Origin: the human T2T-CHM13v2.0 reference genome, Homo sapiens
DNA: 64,000 bases
Strand: one strand, 5' to 3'
Assembly (NCBI RefSeq): GCF_009914755.1
Contig: NC_060929.1
Part shown: one piece after another, positions 25,607 through 36,700 of the stretch
Position numbering within the stretch: the stretch's first letter is position 1
How the letters are laid out: each line of letters starts with the position of its first letter
Position numbers and translations under genes: made by a program
Notes under the pieces: model-generated
Databases searched by the model: none
Seen by the model: only the letters and a program-made list of their open reading frames with translations
What the model was told of the DNA's origin: nothing

Positions 25607-27589
25607 AGGACAGCTCCTTGCGAGGGGCCGCGAGCAGGCAGCTAGCTGCGAACTAAGAGGAAGCGTGGGCCCTAGCCGGAGACTCCGGGCAGAGCCCGAA
25701 CGGCCGGGGTCCCGGAGCCAGGACCGCCCCGGCTGCGGCGGAGACTCAAGTCTGAACCCAGAGAACAACTTTGAGCTCGCGGGAGTGGGGGACGTCGATC
25801 TAAGCTACTTCTGGCTGTGCTTAACCCGAAGCCCGCCGGAGCACGCTTCGCCCCGGAGGAGGGAGTCGCCCCCAGGGGTACAGTGCGCACTCCCGGAGTG
25901 AGTCAGAGGGCGGCGGCAGGGGGGCGGACAGACCGCAGGTGGAGGGGAGGAGAACGTAGACATTGACAGGGGATGGGGGACCAAGGGGACTATTTGTCCC
26001 TTTCCGGGAGGAGCCGCCGCTTGGACAGCGCACGCCCGCCGCCTGGAGTCTTCGGGAACGACCCCTTCTGTGCTCTCGTTCTCGTCGGCCTCAATCTGCC
26101 CCCTTCCCCAGCAAAGTTTGAAACCGGGCCGGGTCTTGGGGTTGGAGCTATGTGTGTTGGGGGAAGGGGCGCTCTCCGTGGCCCACCGGGAGATCCAGGA
26201 CAGAGCTGCTGGGGGTGTGGGTCTCCGCGGGGGTCCGGGAGAGGGGCGCCGGGGTTCCTGTCCTCTCTTCTGGCCGGGAAACGGGAACCCCCGGCCACTT
26301 CCGCTTTTCAGCCGGAGTCGGCTCCCTACCTCCTCCCATCCTCCGCTGCCCCTCCCCTCCCCCATGCGTCTCCCATCCCGGGCCACGGGGTGGGGACGGG
26401 GCGGGGGGAGGGGGTGGAGTGACATCCCCTGTCTCTGCCACTGCCTTTGGCGTAGTCCCCTGCCAGAAGCAAATGAGTGTTGAATTGAGTTGCGGTGAAT
26501 ATAGCCCAGACTTGAATCATAAAAACAGAAAAACGGCCATAAGGACAACCACTGCAGGTTACCCGAGTCAGCCTGTCAGATGGCGGGGCCCAGTCCCGAA
26601 AACCTCTAGGGGCTCAGATGGTCGAGCCTGAGTCGGTGCTTGGGCTGGGACGGGCTCGGAGGGAGTCGGAGAGGGGAAGGAAGCTGAAGGCGCGCCCTGG
26701 GTCCCCGGCGCACTGAAGGTACGGAAACCTGGTGCTACGACGGCATCCCTCGCCGCCCCCGGCCTCCCCTCCCCCAGCGCAGCATCCCCCACCCACCCCC
26801 ACTCCCACCCACCCCCACCCTCACCCCCCTTCCCGCGCAGGGATAGACCAAGGCTTCCCGCAGAATCGCTAAGGAGCGCCTCCTGGCGGCCTGGCCCAAA
26901 TCCTCAACTGCCGGCAACCTGCTGGACCTCAGCACTCCCGCAGGCATATGGCAAAACATACACACACACACCCTGCACACACGCACGCACTCACACGATG
27001 TCTAAGTCCAGAGTTGCACACACGGGGTCATACTTTCAACGCACACACCCTCATGCACTCGTTGACACGTTAAATTCAACCCGGCACACACGTCCTCAGG
27101 ATCTACCATGTACCAGGACATGTAGCCAATTCTGGGGACAGGAGAAATGAAACAAGATACTGGTCCTGTCCTGAGAGGAGCTCAGAGTAACCAGGAAGGG
27201 CAAGACAAAGAAAGACAAACAGACAAAGAGAGCATGTACTGGAGGCAGGCAATACTGCCCCCAGAAAGTGCCACAGGTCTCCAAAGGGGAAGATGCCCTC
27301 ACATCTTGCCAAGGAGATCCGTGAAATTGCATGGAGGGAGTGCTGTTTGAGAGAGATCTTCAGAAATCAATGCTGCTGATGATGATAATGATGACTGCGA
27401 TGATGTTAGATAATATGTACCTACTTTGTGCCAACACTGGGCTGAGCACTTTATTTGCATCACCTCATTCAATGCTCACTACAAGCCTTGGGAATAGGTG
27501 TTGTTGTCTCCATTTCATAGATGAGAAAACATTGAGTCATTTGCTCAAGGTTACTTAGTAAGTGATGGAGCCAGGATTTGAACTGGCAG

Positions 27590-30300
27590 AGATGAGGGTA
27601 AGAGGTTCCAAGGCTGTGGGAATAGCATGCACAAATGCCCAGGCATTCTCAGAAAGATTATCTGTTGGGAAATAATACGTGCTAAGCAGAGCCCTGTGCA
27701 AGAGGTGGCACACGAGCAGCAAGGAAGACGGGTGCTAGACTGTGCAGGCCTTGAAGGTCAGCACAAGGACTCGTATCAGTTTAACAAGGCCATGGGGAGC
27801 CATTGCAGGGTGTGTATGCATGAGAAAATCTGCCCTTTAGGAAGATTAATTGGATGGCCACGTGGAGGCTGGATGAGAGCTGAGGGAGAGACAGTTAGAG
27901 GTTATGGATAAATCCAGAATCTCTAGGTCCTGAACCAAGGCATTAGCAGCAGTCACAGAGTGGAGGGTGGGGATGTAGGCAGCATTGCAAAGCTACAGCG
28001 TCTGGACTTCTCCCTGGAATTCTCCCTCGGCACCCCCATCCCAATCTTAACTCACCAATTCCTTGCATGATCTGTTATCCAGCTTCTACCTCCCCAGCCC
28101 AACTGAATGCTGTGAGACCACTGCTGGGACTCCCTTGTTCCCTGCCACAGCCCCAGCACCCAGAACAGTGTCTGGCAGAAAGTAGGTACTCAAGGAATAT
28201 TTGTAGTATGAGCAACTGAGTGAATGAATGAATGAATAATGAGGAATTTGCTGTCTCTAGAGTTTTCAGTTGAGGTGATTGGGACAAGGCATACTAGAGA
28301 AAAAGATGGGTGTGTGGGGAAAGCCAGGATGAGACTGATCTTTGGACAGACAGAATTTGAGATTATCCATGTGACAACATCCAGCAGAGAGTTAAATGTG
28401 CAGGTGTGGGGGAGGGGAGGCAGAGAGAGGGAGGTATCTGTGGCTAAAGAAGTGCACTAAACCAATAGGGGTGGACGAGATTCCCAAGGGAGACAGAGGG
28501 GCAGGAGAGGCAGGAGGGGAGAGTTTGTTTGGAGACCATCTTCACTTTAAAGGAAAGGAAAGGAGTCAGCAAAGAAGAGAGAGAAGACCTATCTGAGAAG
28601 TAGGATGAAGACCACAAGAGTGCTGTGTCATGGAATTCAGGAGGAGATTCCAGAAAGCTGGAAAAGGTGGGGGGAGGGAGTCAGCAGCAGCATGTGATTC
28701 AGCAGAGGGATGGAGGAGGATGACGGCCGTGAAGACCCTCTTGAATCTGGCAATGGGAAAGCCTCTGGCGACTGATTACCGCAGTTTCAGGGCTCCTGCA
28801 GAGGCAGCAGAGCTCTGGTCTCACAGAGAGGTAGGGCTTGACTGGGAGGTGAAGATGTGGAGATACCATGTGGAGATCACTTCATCACAAAGTGAGAGGG
28901 GTGGGATTAAGGGAAACGCAGAATTTAGGGAAGGAGTTAGAGAAGGGAGGGAATAAAAGCAACATATGGAGAGGGATGGAAGATGTGAGGAAGAGGGAGT
29001 GGTGAGGTACAAAGAGAGGGAATCCAGGGCACAGGTAGATGAATTGGCTTCAGCCAGGAGAGGGCTTCTTCCTCAGGAGCTAGAAGGAGGGGAGGTTACA
29101 GGAGCTCCCACTCACTGACATTAATTGTTTTGATTATTACAACCATTTACTGAGCACCCAGCATGTGCAAACACATCCCATAGAGTATTTCTAAAATTTC
29201 AAAGTGCCATTATAATTCTCATTTTATAGAGAAGATCAAGTATCAATGAGGTTAGGTCAATTACTCACTATTGCACAGCTTAAAAAGTGGCAGATTCAAG
29301 ATCTGAGTCAGGCATGCCTAACCTCAGAGCTCAGACCCCTTATACTTTCGCCCGTGAAGTGGAGGGAAAGTCACCTGCTGAGAAGGAAGAGGCAGTAGCA
29401 TTTTGGGCCTTAAGAAAAGGAGAATTGGTTGGGAGAGTGTAGACAGAGTGAACAGGAGACTGCTTAACAGCTCAGAGGTCCATGCTGGGATCAGGCAGCA
29501 GGATTTTTGGGCAGACTCGGGAATTTCAGATAAAGAATCCCAGCAGGCTGAAGAAGAGCTACTTAGAGCCACAGGGATGTAAGCATTGAGAAGACTCAGT
29601 GGTGAGTAGAGGTACTTTGCAAACTGGTGGAGGGGTGGCAGTGGTAAACAATGTCTGATGAATGCATGCTGGCAAGCAGAGGTGGCCGGAGAAGGTGATA
29701 GTTTGGTGATACAGAAATGGCATGTTAAGTTTGAGGGGTGCCCACAGACATCCAGGAAAGGGTATCCAGGAGAAGGTAAATGTGTTTTTTTACTTATTTA
29801 TTGCTTATTTTCCTACGCATGTGTGCATATACCCCCACACTCACATACACACATACATACCTCAGAATGTAATCTGCATGAAGGCAAGGCTTTGTCTGTC
29901 CTGTTTCCTATAAATCCCCAGTGCCTAACACATTGACTGGCATATAGTAGGTGCTCAATTAATACTTGCTGGATGAGTGAATATAGAGGTCTAGGTGTCA
30001 TCAGTGTCAGTGGTCATTAAAACCCCTAGAATGGATGAGTTCTCCCAGGGAAAGATTAGAAAGTAAAAAGAGGCAGGGGCTGAGGTCAGAGTTATGGGGA
30101 AGAGACAGGAGGAAGAAGAGGAGTCAGAAAAGGCAAAGGAAGAGAAGAAAAGAGGAGAGGAGAGGAAACAGTAAGGGGAAGCAGGGATAGGAAAGAACTG
30201 AGTCACAGAACCAAGAGAGAAGGAGGTTTGAGGGTACAGTGGGGTTGTCAGCAGTTCAAATGCTGCAGACTGCTTCAACAGAGGCATGGGAGAAAGGGCC
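27590..30300. mobile_element. Cluster of L2 (LINE2) fragments with MIR pieces
   Basis: Purine-rich antisense L2 body text plus L2 3' ends (ccccagcacccagaacagtgtctggca...tgaatgaatgaat at 28150-28238; cccagtgcctaacacattgactggcatatagtaggtgctcaatt at 29917-29960). Confidence 0.7.
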
Positions 30301-32435
30301 TGGAAGATCATCTGATCCAGGAGAGAGACGTGTCAGAATCACCCAGCAAGTTAGGGATGAGGCTGCAACTAAAGCCCGGGTGCCCTGCCTACCAATTTGG
30401 AACATCTCAAATTAGAGCCCTGCATCTCCCACTGCCACCTGGTAATTCCTTGAGCTCTATGTAAACACAGAGTAGGAACCCAAGAGTTTCTGAAATCACT
30501 TGATTATTAAATTGTTCATTTCCTGTTCTTAGAAATGAAGTTTTTTCACAATGTATTAAATCGAACGAAAACATCTTGACTGAGCTGAGCAACCTGCAAA
30601 CTCAGAATTCGGGGTTAGGAGGGTGGGTTCTCTTGCATTTCTGAGAAAGCATGGAAAGCCTGTTCCTTTTTGGCTTGTTCCACAAATATGTAGTCGGCAA
30701 CGGCTGACATTTTATGAGTTCCTGCAACACCCCAGGCACTTGACCGGTATCATTCATTCTCCTTCAAACGTCCATTCAAGGGCAACCTTAATACTCCCCC
30801 ATTTTGCAGGGAGCAAACTGAAGCTTGCCCAGGGACCCCCAGCCAGTAAGTATAGCTGCCTGGATTTTGAACCAGGTGTGTCTGATGCCAAAGCCCCTGG
30901 GCTGTTTTGTGTTTTGCTTTTTTTTTTTTTTTTTCCTACACATCATGACTTTCTCTTCCCAAAACAACCTATCAGATGAGATGGTCTGATCACGTAGATA
31001 AGCTCTTGGGCCCCATATCATGAAATAATCTCAGTCTACCGATATGACTTCTCATCTTGAGAGAAATGAAGAAAATCTATCAAAGAACAACCAGTGACCC
31101 TGAACTCAGCCAGGCTGCAATATCCAGCCTTGAACCCAACAAGGTTGCAACATCTGCCACCCTTTCCCAGGAACCCTTTTTCTTCCTTGCAAGGCTGTGT
31201 GGGACAAAAGGCCTTGGGGAGCAGGCCTGGCCTCAGCTTACCATGAAGCTACTTCACACTTTGGATAGCTCACGGATGTCCCCTCTACACTTGAAAAGAG
31301 ATCTGTGTCTGTTAAAGAACAGTGGAACTGAATGGTTAAAATACAAAGAAAATCTCAAGTTAGAGCACTAGGGTACAGCTTCTCAGGGATGTAGGGGGAA
31401 GATGGTAAGGAGGCCAAGGGGGAAGGCTCTTCCTCCCCCACCACCTCCACTGGAAGAGTTCCACTTTTACATATTTTGCATATTGAGAATCCCATTAAGA
31501 TTTTATTTGGAGAACCCTTCTGAGGCAAAAACATAATAAAAAATATAATAAAAACTGAAAGCCGGTGATTTAGGAAGAGGAGTAGGGTGCTAATGTCTGC
31601 CGAGTGCCTGCAAGGCCCGTGCTAGGTAGTTTAAAAGCCCTAAGCCCCCAGAAGATTATAATGTCTCCAACACTCCCACGTGAAATTCAAAATAAAAATC
31701 GATATTAAGCTATAAAACATAAAAATTACACGTACATTACAATAAAAATAACGTATTTTCCATTTGTCTAATTTCAAAAGTCAGGATCTGTTTATCCAAG
31801 CTGGCTGTTCTCATTTGCTCAGCTGCCTCCGATTGGCTGGGGCAGTAACACCGGCTGGTCTTTTGATGGGCTGATCCAGTGGCCCAGGCTGGGCCCCCTC
31901 CAATCTCCGCCGGAGCCGGGGAAAGGTGGCATTGCCATTTCTCTCTTAGAGAGGAGGAAACTGGGGACTCGAGCAGGTTAGGGCCTTGCTGAAGGTCCCA
32001 TGGCAAATAAGGAAATGACGGTGGCGTTGGAAACCAGATCTGCCTGACTCCAAGTTCCAGGCTCTTTCCAATGCTCCTGGCTTCAATCAAATCTGAACAA
32101 TAGGGTCAAGATGAAGGCTTTAAAATAGGGACCAAACCGCTTTCAAAAAGCTATTTGGCAGCACCTACGTGTCTGCCCAGTAAATCGCTCTCTTCCATCT
32201 CCTTTCTCCTCCAGCAGGGCATTGGGTCTTGACCTCAGAGCGATGGGTGCCTGGTGTCTGAACCAGGGTGAGGCTGCTGTCTGTCTAGCTCCCCCGCCCT
32301 GCCTGTGCAGAGGCCTCTCCCATCTGACTCCCAATTCTCTTCTGCAGGTTGTCACATCTTCCCAAGCCAGGCCAGCCAGGAGCGCTGCATGCAAATTCTG
32401 CCGTGGGCTAAGGCACGCTAACCAGAGCCGGCGGC

Positions 32436-32466
32436 ATGGACTTCGTCATGAAGCAGGCCCTTGGAG
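32436..32466 (+). CDS. CPLX2: Complexin-2, first coding exon (MDFVMKQALG + 1 nt); the full exon including 5' UTR is 32348-32466
   Basis: ATG in strong context (ggcATGg) at 32436. Translation MDFVMKQALG is the complexin-1/2 N-terminus. Acceptor ttctcttctgcag| ends at 32347 and donor G|GTGAGG starts at 32467. Confidence 0.98.
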
Positions 32467-32603
32467 GTGAGGTCCAGCGCCCCTCCGCGTGTCCTCAGCC
32501 GGTCCCACCCTTGTGGGAGGTGGCCTCGGCCCACCCGGCCCCTCTCTCCCCAGCCCTGACCCCTAGCTGACCCCGCCCTCTCCTTCCCACCCCTTCCTCG
32601 TAG

Positions 32604-32779
32604 GGGCCACAAAGGACATGGGGAAGATGCTGGGGGGAGAGGAGGAGAAGGACCCCGACGCGCAGAAAAAGGAGGAGGAGCGGCAGGAGGCGCTGCGGCA
32701 GCAGGAGGAGGAGCGTAAGGCCAAGCACGCGCGCATGGAGGCGGAGCGGGAGAAGGTCCGGCAGCAGATCCGAGATAAG
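32604..32779 (+). CDS. CPLX2: Complexin-2, second coding exon (accessory helix and SNARE-binding central helix)
   Basis: Pyrimidine tract then tag| at 32601-32603. Reads (G)[58 protein letters not shown]. Donor is AAG|GTCAGC. 31+176 nt = 69 codons, so phase is consistent. Confidence 0.98.
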
Positions 32780-33543
32780 GTCAGCTCCGCCCGCCCGCCC
32801 GTCCTGGGGAGGGCCACAAGCGGGTAAAACCGGTCCAGCTAAAGCCCCTGCTGGGGCTCCCCTGGATCCCAGCTCTCACCTTCGCCCTAGTTCTGAGCCT
32901 CACTCTTCTCATCAGCAAAACGGGTATCACAAGGTCACCTCCCTCAAGGGATCCTTTTGGGGATTAAATAAGAGAATGCGCGTAGTAGGTACTCCAAGAG
33001 GGTGGACCCTACGGTCCACCATTCCGTACTGCAGATCTTTGGGACCAAAAATGAGTGCAGTTCTGAATTTGGGAATGTTCGAAAAATACCACAGTGTCCT
33101 AAGCACTTTGTGCTGTCAGCTGTCACTCCCAGCGGGTCTGGGGCTGCCACCCTACTCCAGACAGTCCAGTGCATGTCTGTTAGTGCGTGCAATAAATAAA
33201 GGCTAGAAGTAGTCTTCCATTGGTTCAAGTCAGATTCGTCACCAAAATTTGGCTCAAAATATATGGGCAAACGCCATGTGTTCAGATCTTTGGGGGTTTC
33301 AACACAGCAGGAAGTTCTGATGGGCAGGTGTTAATTTTAAAGGAAACCCCACGTATGGTCTCTCCCACTGAGGACCAGGCACCATCCTACAGGGAAGACA
33401 CCCTTATCCCCACTTTACTAATGACAGGACTGAGGCTTGGGAGGCACTCCTGGCCACCTCAGCCAGTGCTGCATGATCATGAGACTCCTGCTGTCTCCTT
33501 GCCCACCCCGCTTCATGCGCGTCTCTGCCCTCCCCCTCCCCAG

Positions 33544-33741
33544 TATGGGCTGAAGAAGAAGGAGGAGAAGGAAGCAGAGGAGAAAGCAGCCCTGGAGCAG
33601 CCCTGCGAGGGGAGCCTGACCCGGCCCAAGAAGGCCATCCCTGCGGGCTGCGGGGACGAGGAGGAGGAGGAAGAGGAGAGCATCCTGGACACGGTGCTCA
33701 AATACCTGCCCGGGCCGCTGCAGGACATGTTCAAGAAGTAA
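33544..33741 (+). CDS. CPLX2: Complexin-2, last coding exon (C-terminal domain) to the TAA stop
   Basis: Acceptor ccccctccccag|TAT. Reads [65 protein letters not shown]. The spliced CDS is 405 nt = 134 aa plus stop. Confidence 0.98.
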   Translation, partial: YGLKKKEEKEAEEKAALEQPCEGSLTRPKKAIPAGCGDEEEEEEESILDTVLKYLPGPLQDMFKK

Positions 33742-36700
33742 CCAGGCCTCCTGCCCCAGCCTACTCCACCTGTTACTACTTCTTTTTGGTTCTTTCTTTT
33801 CTTTTTATTAGGTTAAGTCTCAATTCTGAAGGGGAAAACCTCAGTTGGCCTCTGCCCCTCTTCCCTGGCCAGGGGCTTCTCCCCCTCAGCTCTCCCTCAC
33901 ACCTCCCTTCATCCCAGGGTATCCACCTGCACCCCACTCCCAAGTAGCCTGAAAAAGGGAGGACAGTCTTTCCCCAGCAGGGGTCAGGGGGGCCCCTCAG
34001 GAAGCCTAAGGTCGTGCTAGTGTGGTGACCCCCATACATTCCTCCCTGCTCCCCACTGCCAGGAGAACCACTGTCCCCAGCCAGCCAAAGTAATGACACA
34101 TTCCAGCCCTGCCCAGCATGCTGACCTTTGGCCTCTAACCCTCAGTGGGCCCCCAGGTCAGGGCAGGGGCACTGAGTGGCCTGGCTCTGAGGAAGGGAGT
34201 CAGGGGAAGCCTGTCCCGGGAAGGCCCAGGCTGAGAGGCCCTGGCTCTGGCCAGGCTGGGATCTGGGTGGGAGGCTGGGGCTCTTCTTCTTCCATCTCCT
34301 TGGTGACACCCAGCCCAGGGGCACCCCCTTCCCCAGCCCCCACCTGGAGAGACATGGCCCCTGCCAAGCTGGTCCCTTCAAATGGATCCTTTGTGGACTT
34401 TAGCTCATTTGTGGAGGAACCCCAGGTAGGGACGCCCCTTGTTCCTCACCCCCACCCCACTTAGGTCCTGGGCCCCCACTGCCAGGCTGGGCCCAGCTTG
34501 CTCAGTCAAGGGGCTGCCAGGCCCCCAGAAAACACTTGGAGCCATCGGGTAGCGATGGTCTATGCCATGGGGAACACCCCCATTGGTGTGGCCAAGCTGC
34601 CCCCATTCCTATCCACCCCTCTCCCCACCCCGTCCTGTCCATGCGCTTCCAGGGCCCCACGGTCCCCAGGAGGACGCTTCCTGGCCAAAGCCCCAAGCCT
34701 TTGGTGAGAAGCCAGTTCCCACTTGACAGAAGGCGTCCATCCATTCATCTCACTGGCCAAGGACAAACTCTCCTCTGGGACGTCTGGGACTGGCATTTGT
34801 CCCCCACTCAAATTATCAAAGCTTTCTGCTCAGTCAGTTGTGTGGGGATGGTGAGGGAAGAGGGGTCACATGAGGGAGGAAACTGTATCCATGCATGCAT
34901 GATAATGCGTGGCAGAGACTGCAACAGGGATTGTGTGTTCAGAGATCATATGCATATGTGTAGGGCTGGAGCGTGTGTGTGTCTTGAGATTGTGTGTGTT
35001 GCAGTCATCATATCTATGTGTTACAGATTGTGTATGTTAGCCTTGTGTATGTGTGCTTGATTGAGGTGGTGTATTTGGGTTGAAATTGTGTCATATGTGT
35101 GTGCTATCCATCTCGTGTTTAGAGGCTGTATATGTTAGCTTGTGTAAGAATGTGTTTTCAAAACAGTGTGTGTATTGGGAGTGATGGGTATGTGTTAGGT
35201 ATGTGATGGGTTGTAGAAGCGTGTGTTTGAGAGAATTCAGAGACATTTGAAGGCTGCTGTGTGCATGTTTGGGGGTCTGAAAAGACAGTTGTGTGCATGG
35301 ATGTGTGCGTGGGGAGAAAGAACGTGGGTAAGATGTCCCTTCCCAGCCCTGAGACCACTGGTCACAGTTGGCCACCTCCAACGGGAGACCTTGTCCTTGG
35401 CCTAGAGTCCTCCCACCCTTGGGGGGCTCCTGCCTGAGGTCCTCAGAATCCCACTGCAATGGACCCAGGCAGCGCCCCAGGAAGCCATGCTGGGCCCCCG
35501 CCAGGGCCTATCCCAAAAGCAGGGGCCAGGGAGGGGGCGACTTGCCTGCCCCTGAAGCCCTTGTTCCCATTGGCCCCAGTTTGCATTCTGCAGGTTTTCC
35601 ATTTTAGTGGGTTCTGCTTTTATTTCAGAGACAGACATGTGTCTTCTCTGTCCGTTTCCAATAGGTAAAGCCATATCAGTTAGACTGCAATACTTTAAAC
35701 ACGAGACAAAACAATCCATATGTTTAGGGAACCAGAAAAGTCCCCTGGTCTGTCCCTTCTTTGGGGAGCAGGGCCTCGACAGCTCCAGCTCCCTTGACCT
35801 ACCTTCCTCCCCGCACCCCGCCCCCACCTTGTGCCCCTGTGTCCAGCCCCCCAGGGGGCCTGTGTCTGTGTCTGTGCCTGTGTCTGTGATGGGGAGCCGC
35901 CTCGCACCCCTGTTGTCTGCTTGTCTCTTTGTGTCTGTTATCCTGGGCAGGATGGTCATTCTCAAAAACCCTGGGGTCCTGGGCCAGAGACAGGCAGGGC
36001 CCAGTCCAGGGGCCCCAGGCCTCCCCAGTCCCAGTGTGCGAGCCCCACTTGGACACAAGTGTTCAGAGAGGTCCCCCTCTGCCACTTGACAGGGACCTTC
36101 AAACCTCGACAGTGATGCAAGGACACAGAGAGTACCAGATAGGTAGCAGAGACCAAGGCGCAGGGTGCTTCAGATGAGCAAGAGAACCCAGTCGAACCAG
36201 ATACCCCAGGTGGGCCGGAGGGACCCCAGACCTTCAGAGGGCTGCCCTGGTGTTCTCCACAGTGCAGTCCCTCTGTATTCCCAGAGTGGGATCGGGGCTT
36301 TCAGCCCCACCCTGATGCCTGCCCTCCAGGATGGCTGGTTTAGTCTGGGTCCATGTCCCAGACCCCTCTATTCTGCTCCAGGACAGCAGGACTTCAGGTC
36401 TTCCTGGGGGTGGATATAGGAGAAAATTTCTGCCTGGCACACACCTGGCTCCAACCACTGCCAAGTGATCACTCTTAGGCCCAGGGGAACACAATGACTA
36501 TCATTACTGATGCAGACCTGGCTGTGGAGAGCAGCTAATGTGTGGCCCAGAGAGCCTGTCTGTGTGGAGCACGTAGTGCACAGAATACGTGAGAGTTGCT
36601 CTGGCAGGGGCAGGATCCTCACAGGATCGCCTGGGAGGTGAGGTGTGTGTGACCCACTGGATGGGAGGGCAATGAGTGTGCACATACAAATGGGGCAGTG

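Larger units (their letters stand above)
25200..26950. promoter_or_regulatory. CpG island / CPLX2 proximal promoter
   Basis: Abrupt rise in GC and CpG density relative to the CpG-poor flanks; spans the first exon. Confidence 0.92.

Noticed and set aside
24463-25768. The longest ORFs in the track (371 aa and 364 aa on -, 195 aa on +)
   Set aside because: They are artefacts of the stop-free GA repeat and the GC-rich island (SLSLSL / RERERE runs) with no protein-like content.
33220-33543. 173-aa ORF suggesting an N-terminal extension of the last CPLX2 exon
   Set aside because: It starts at TTG inside intron 3. A strong acceptor at 33543 explains the real coding part, and the upstream residues look like an intron that is open by chance.
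20880-35320. Long-range pairing between the CA-rich tracts (20880-21600, ~26955-27095) and the TG-rich 3' UTR tract
   Set aside because: The complementarity is only compositional; I see no extended specific match.
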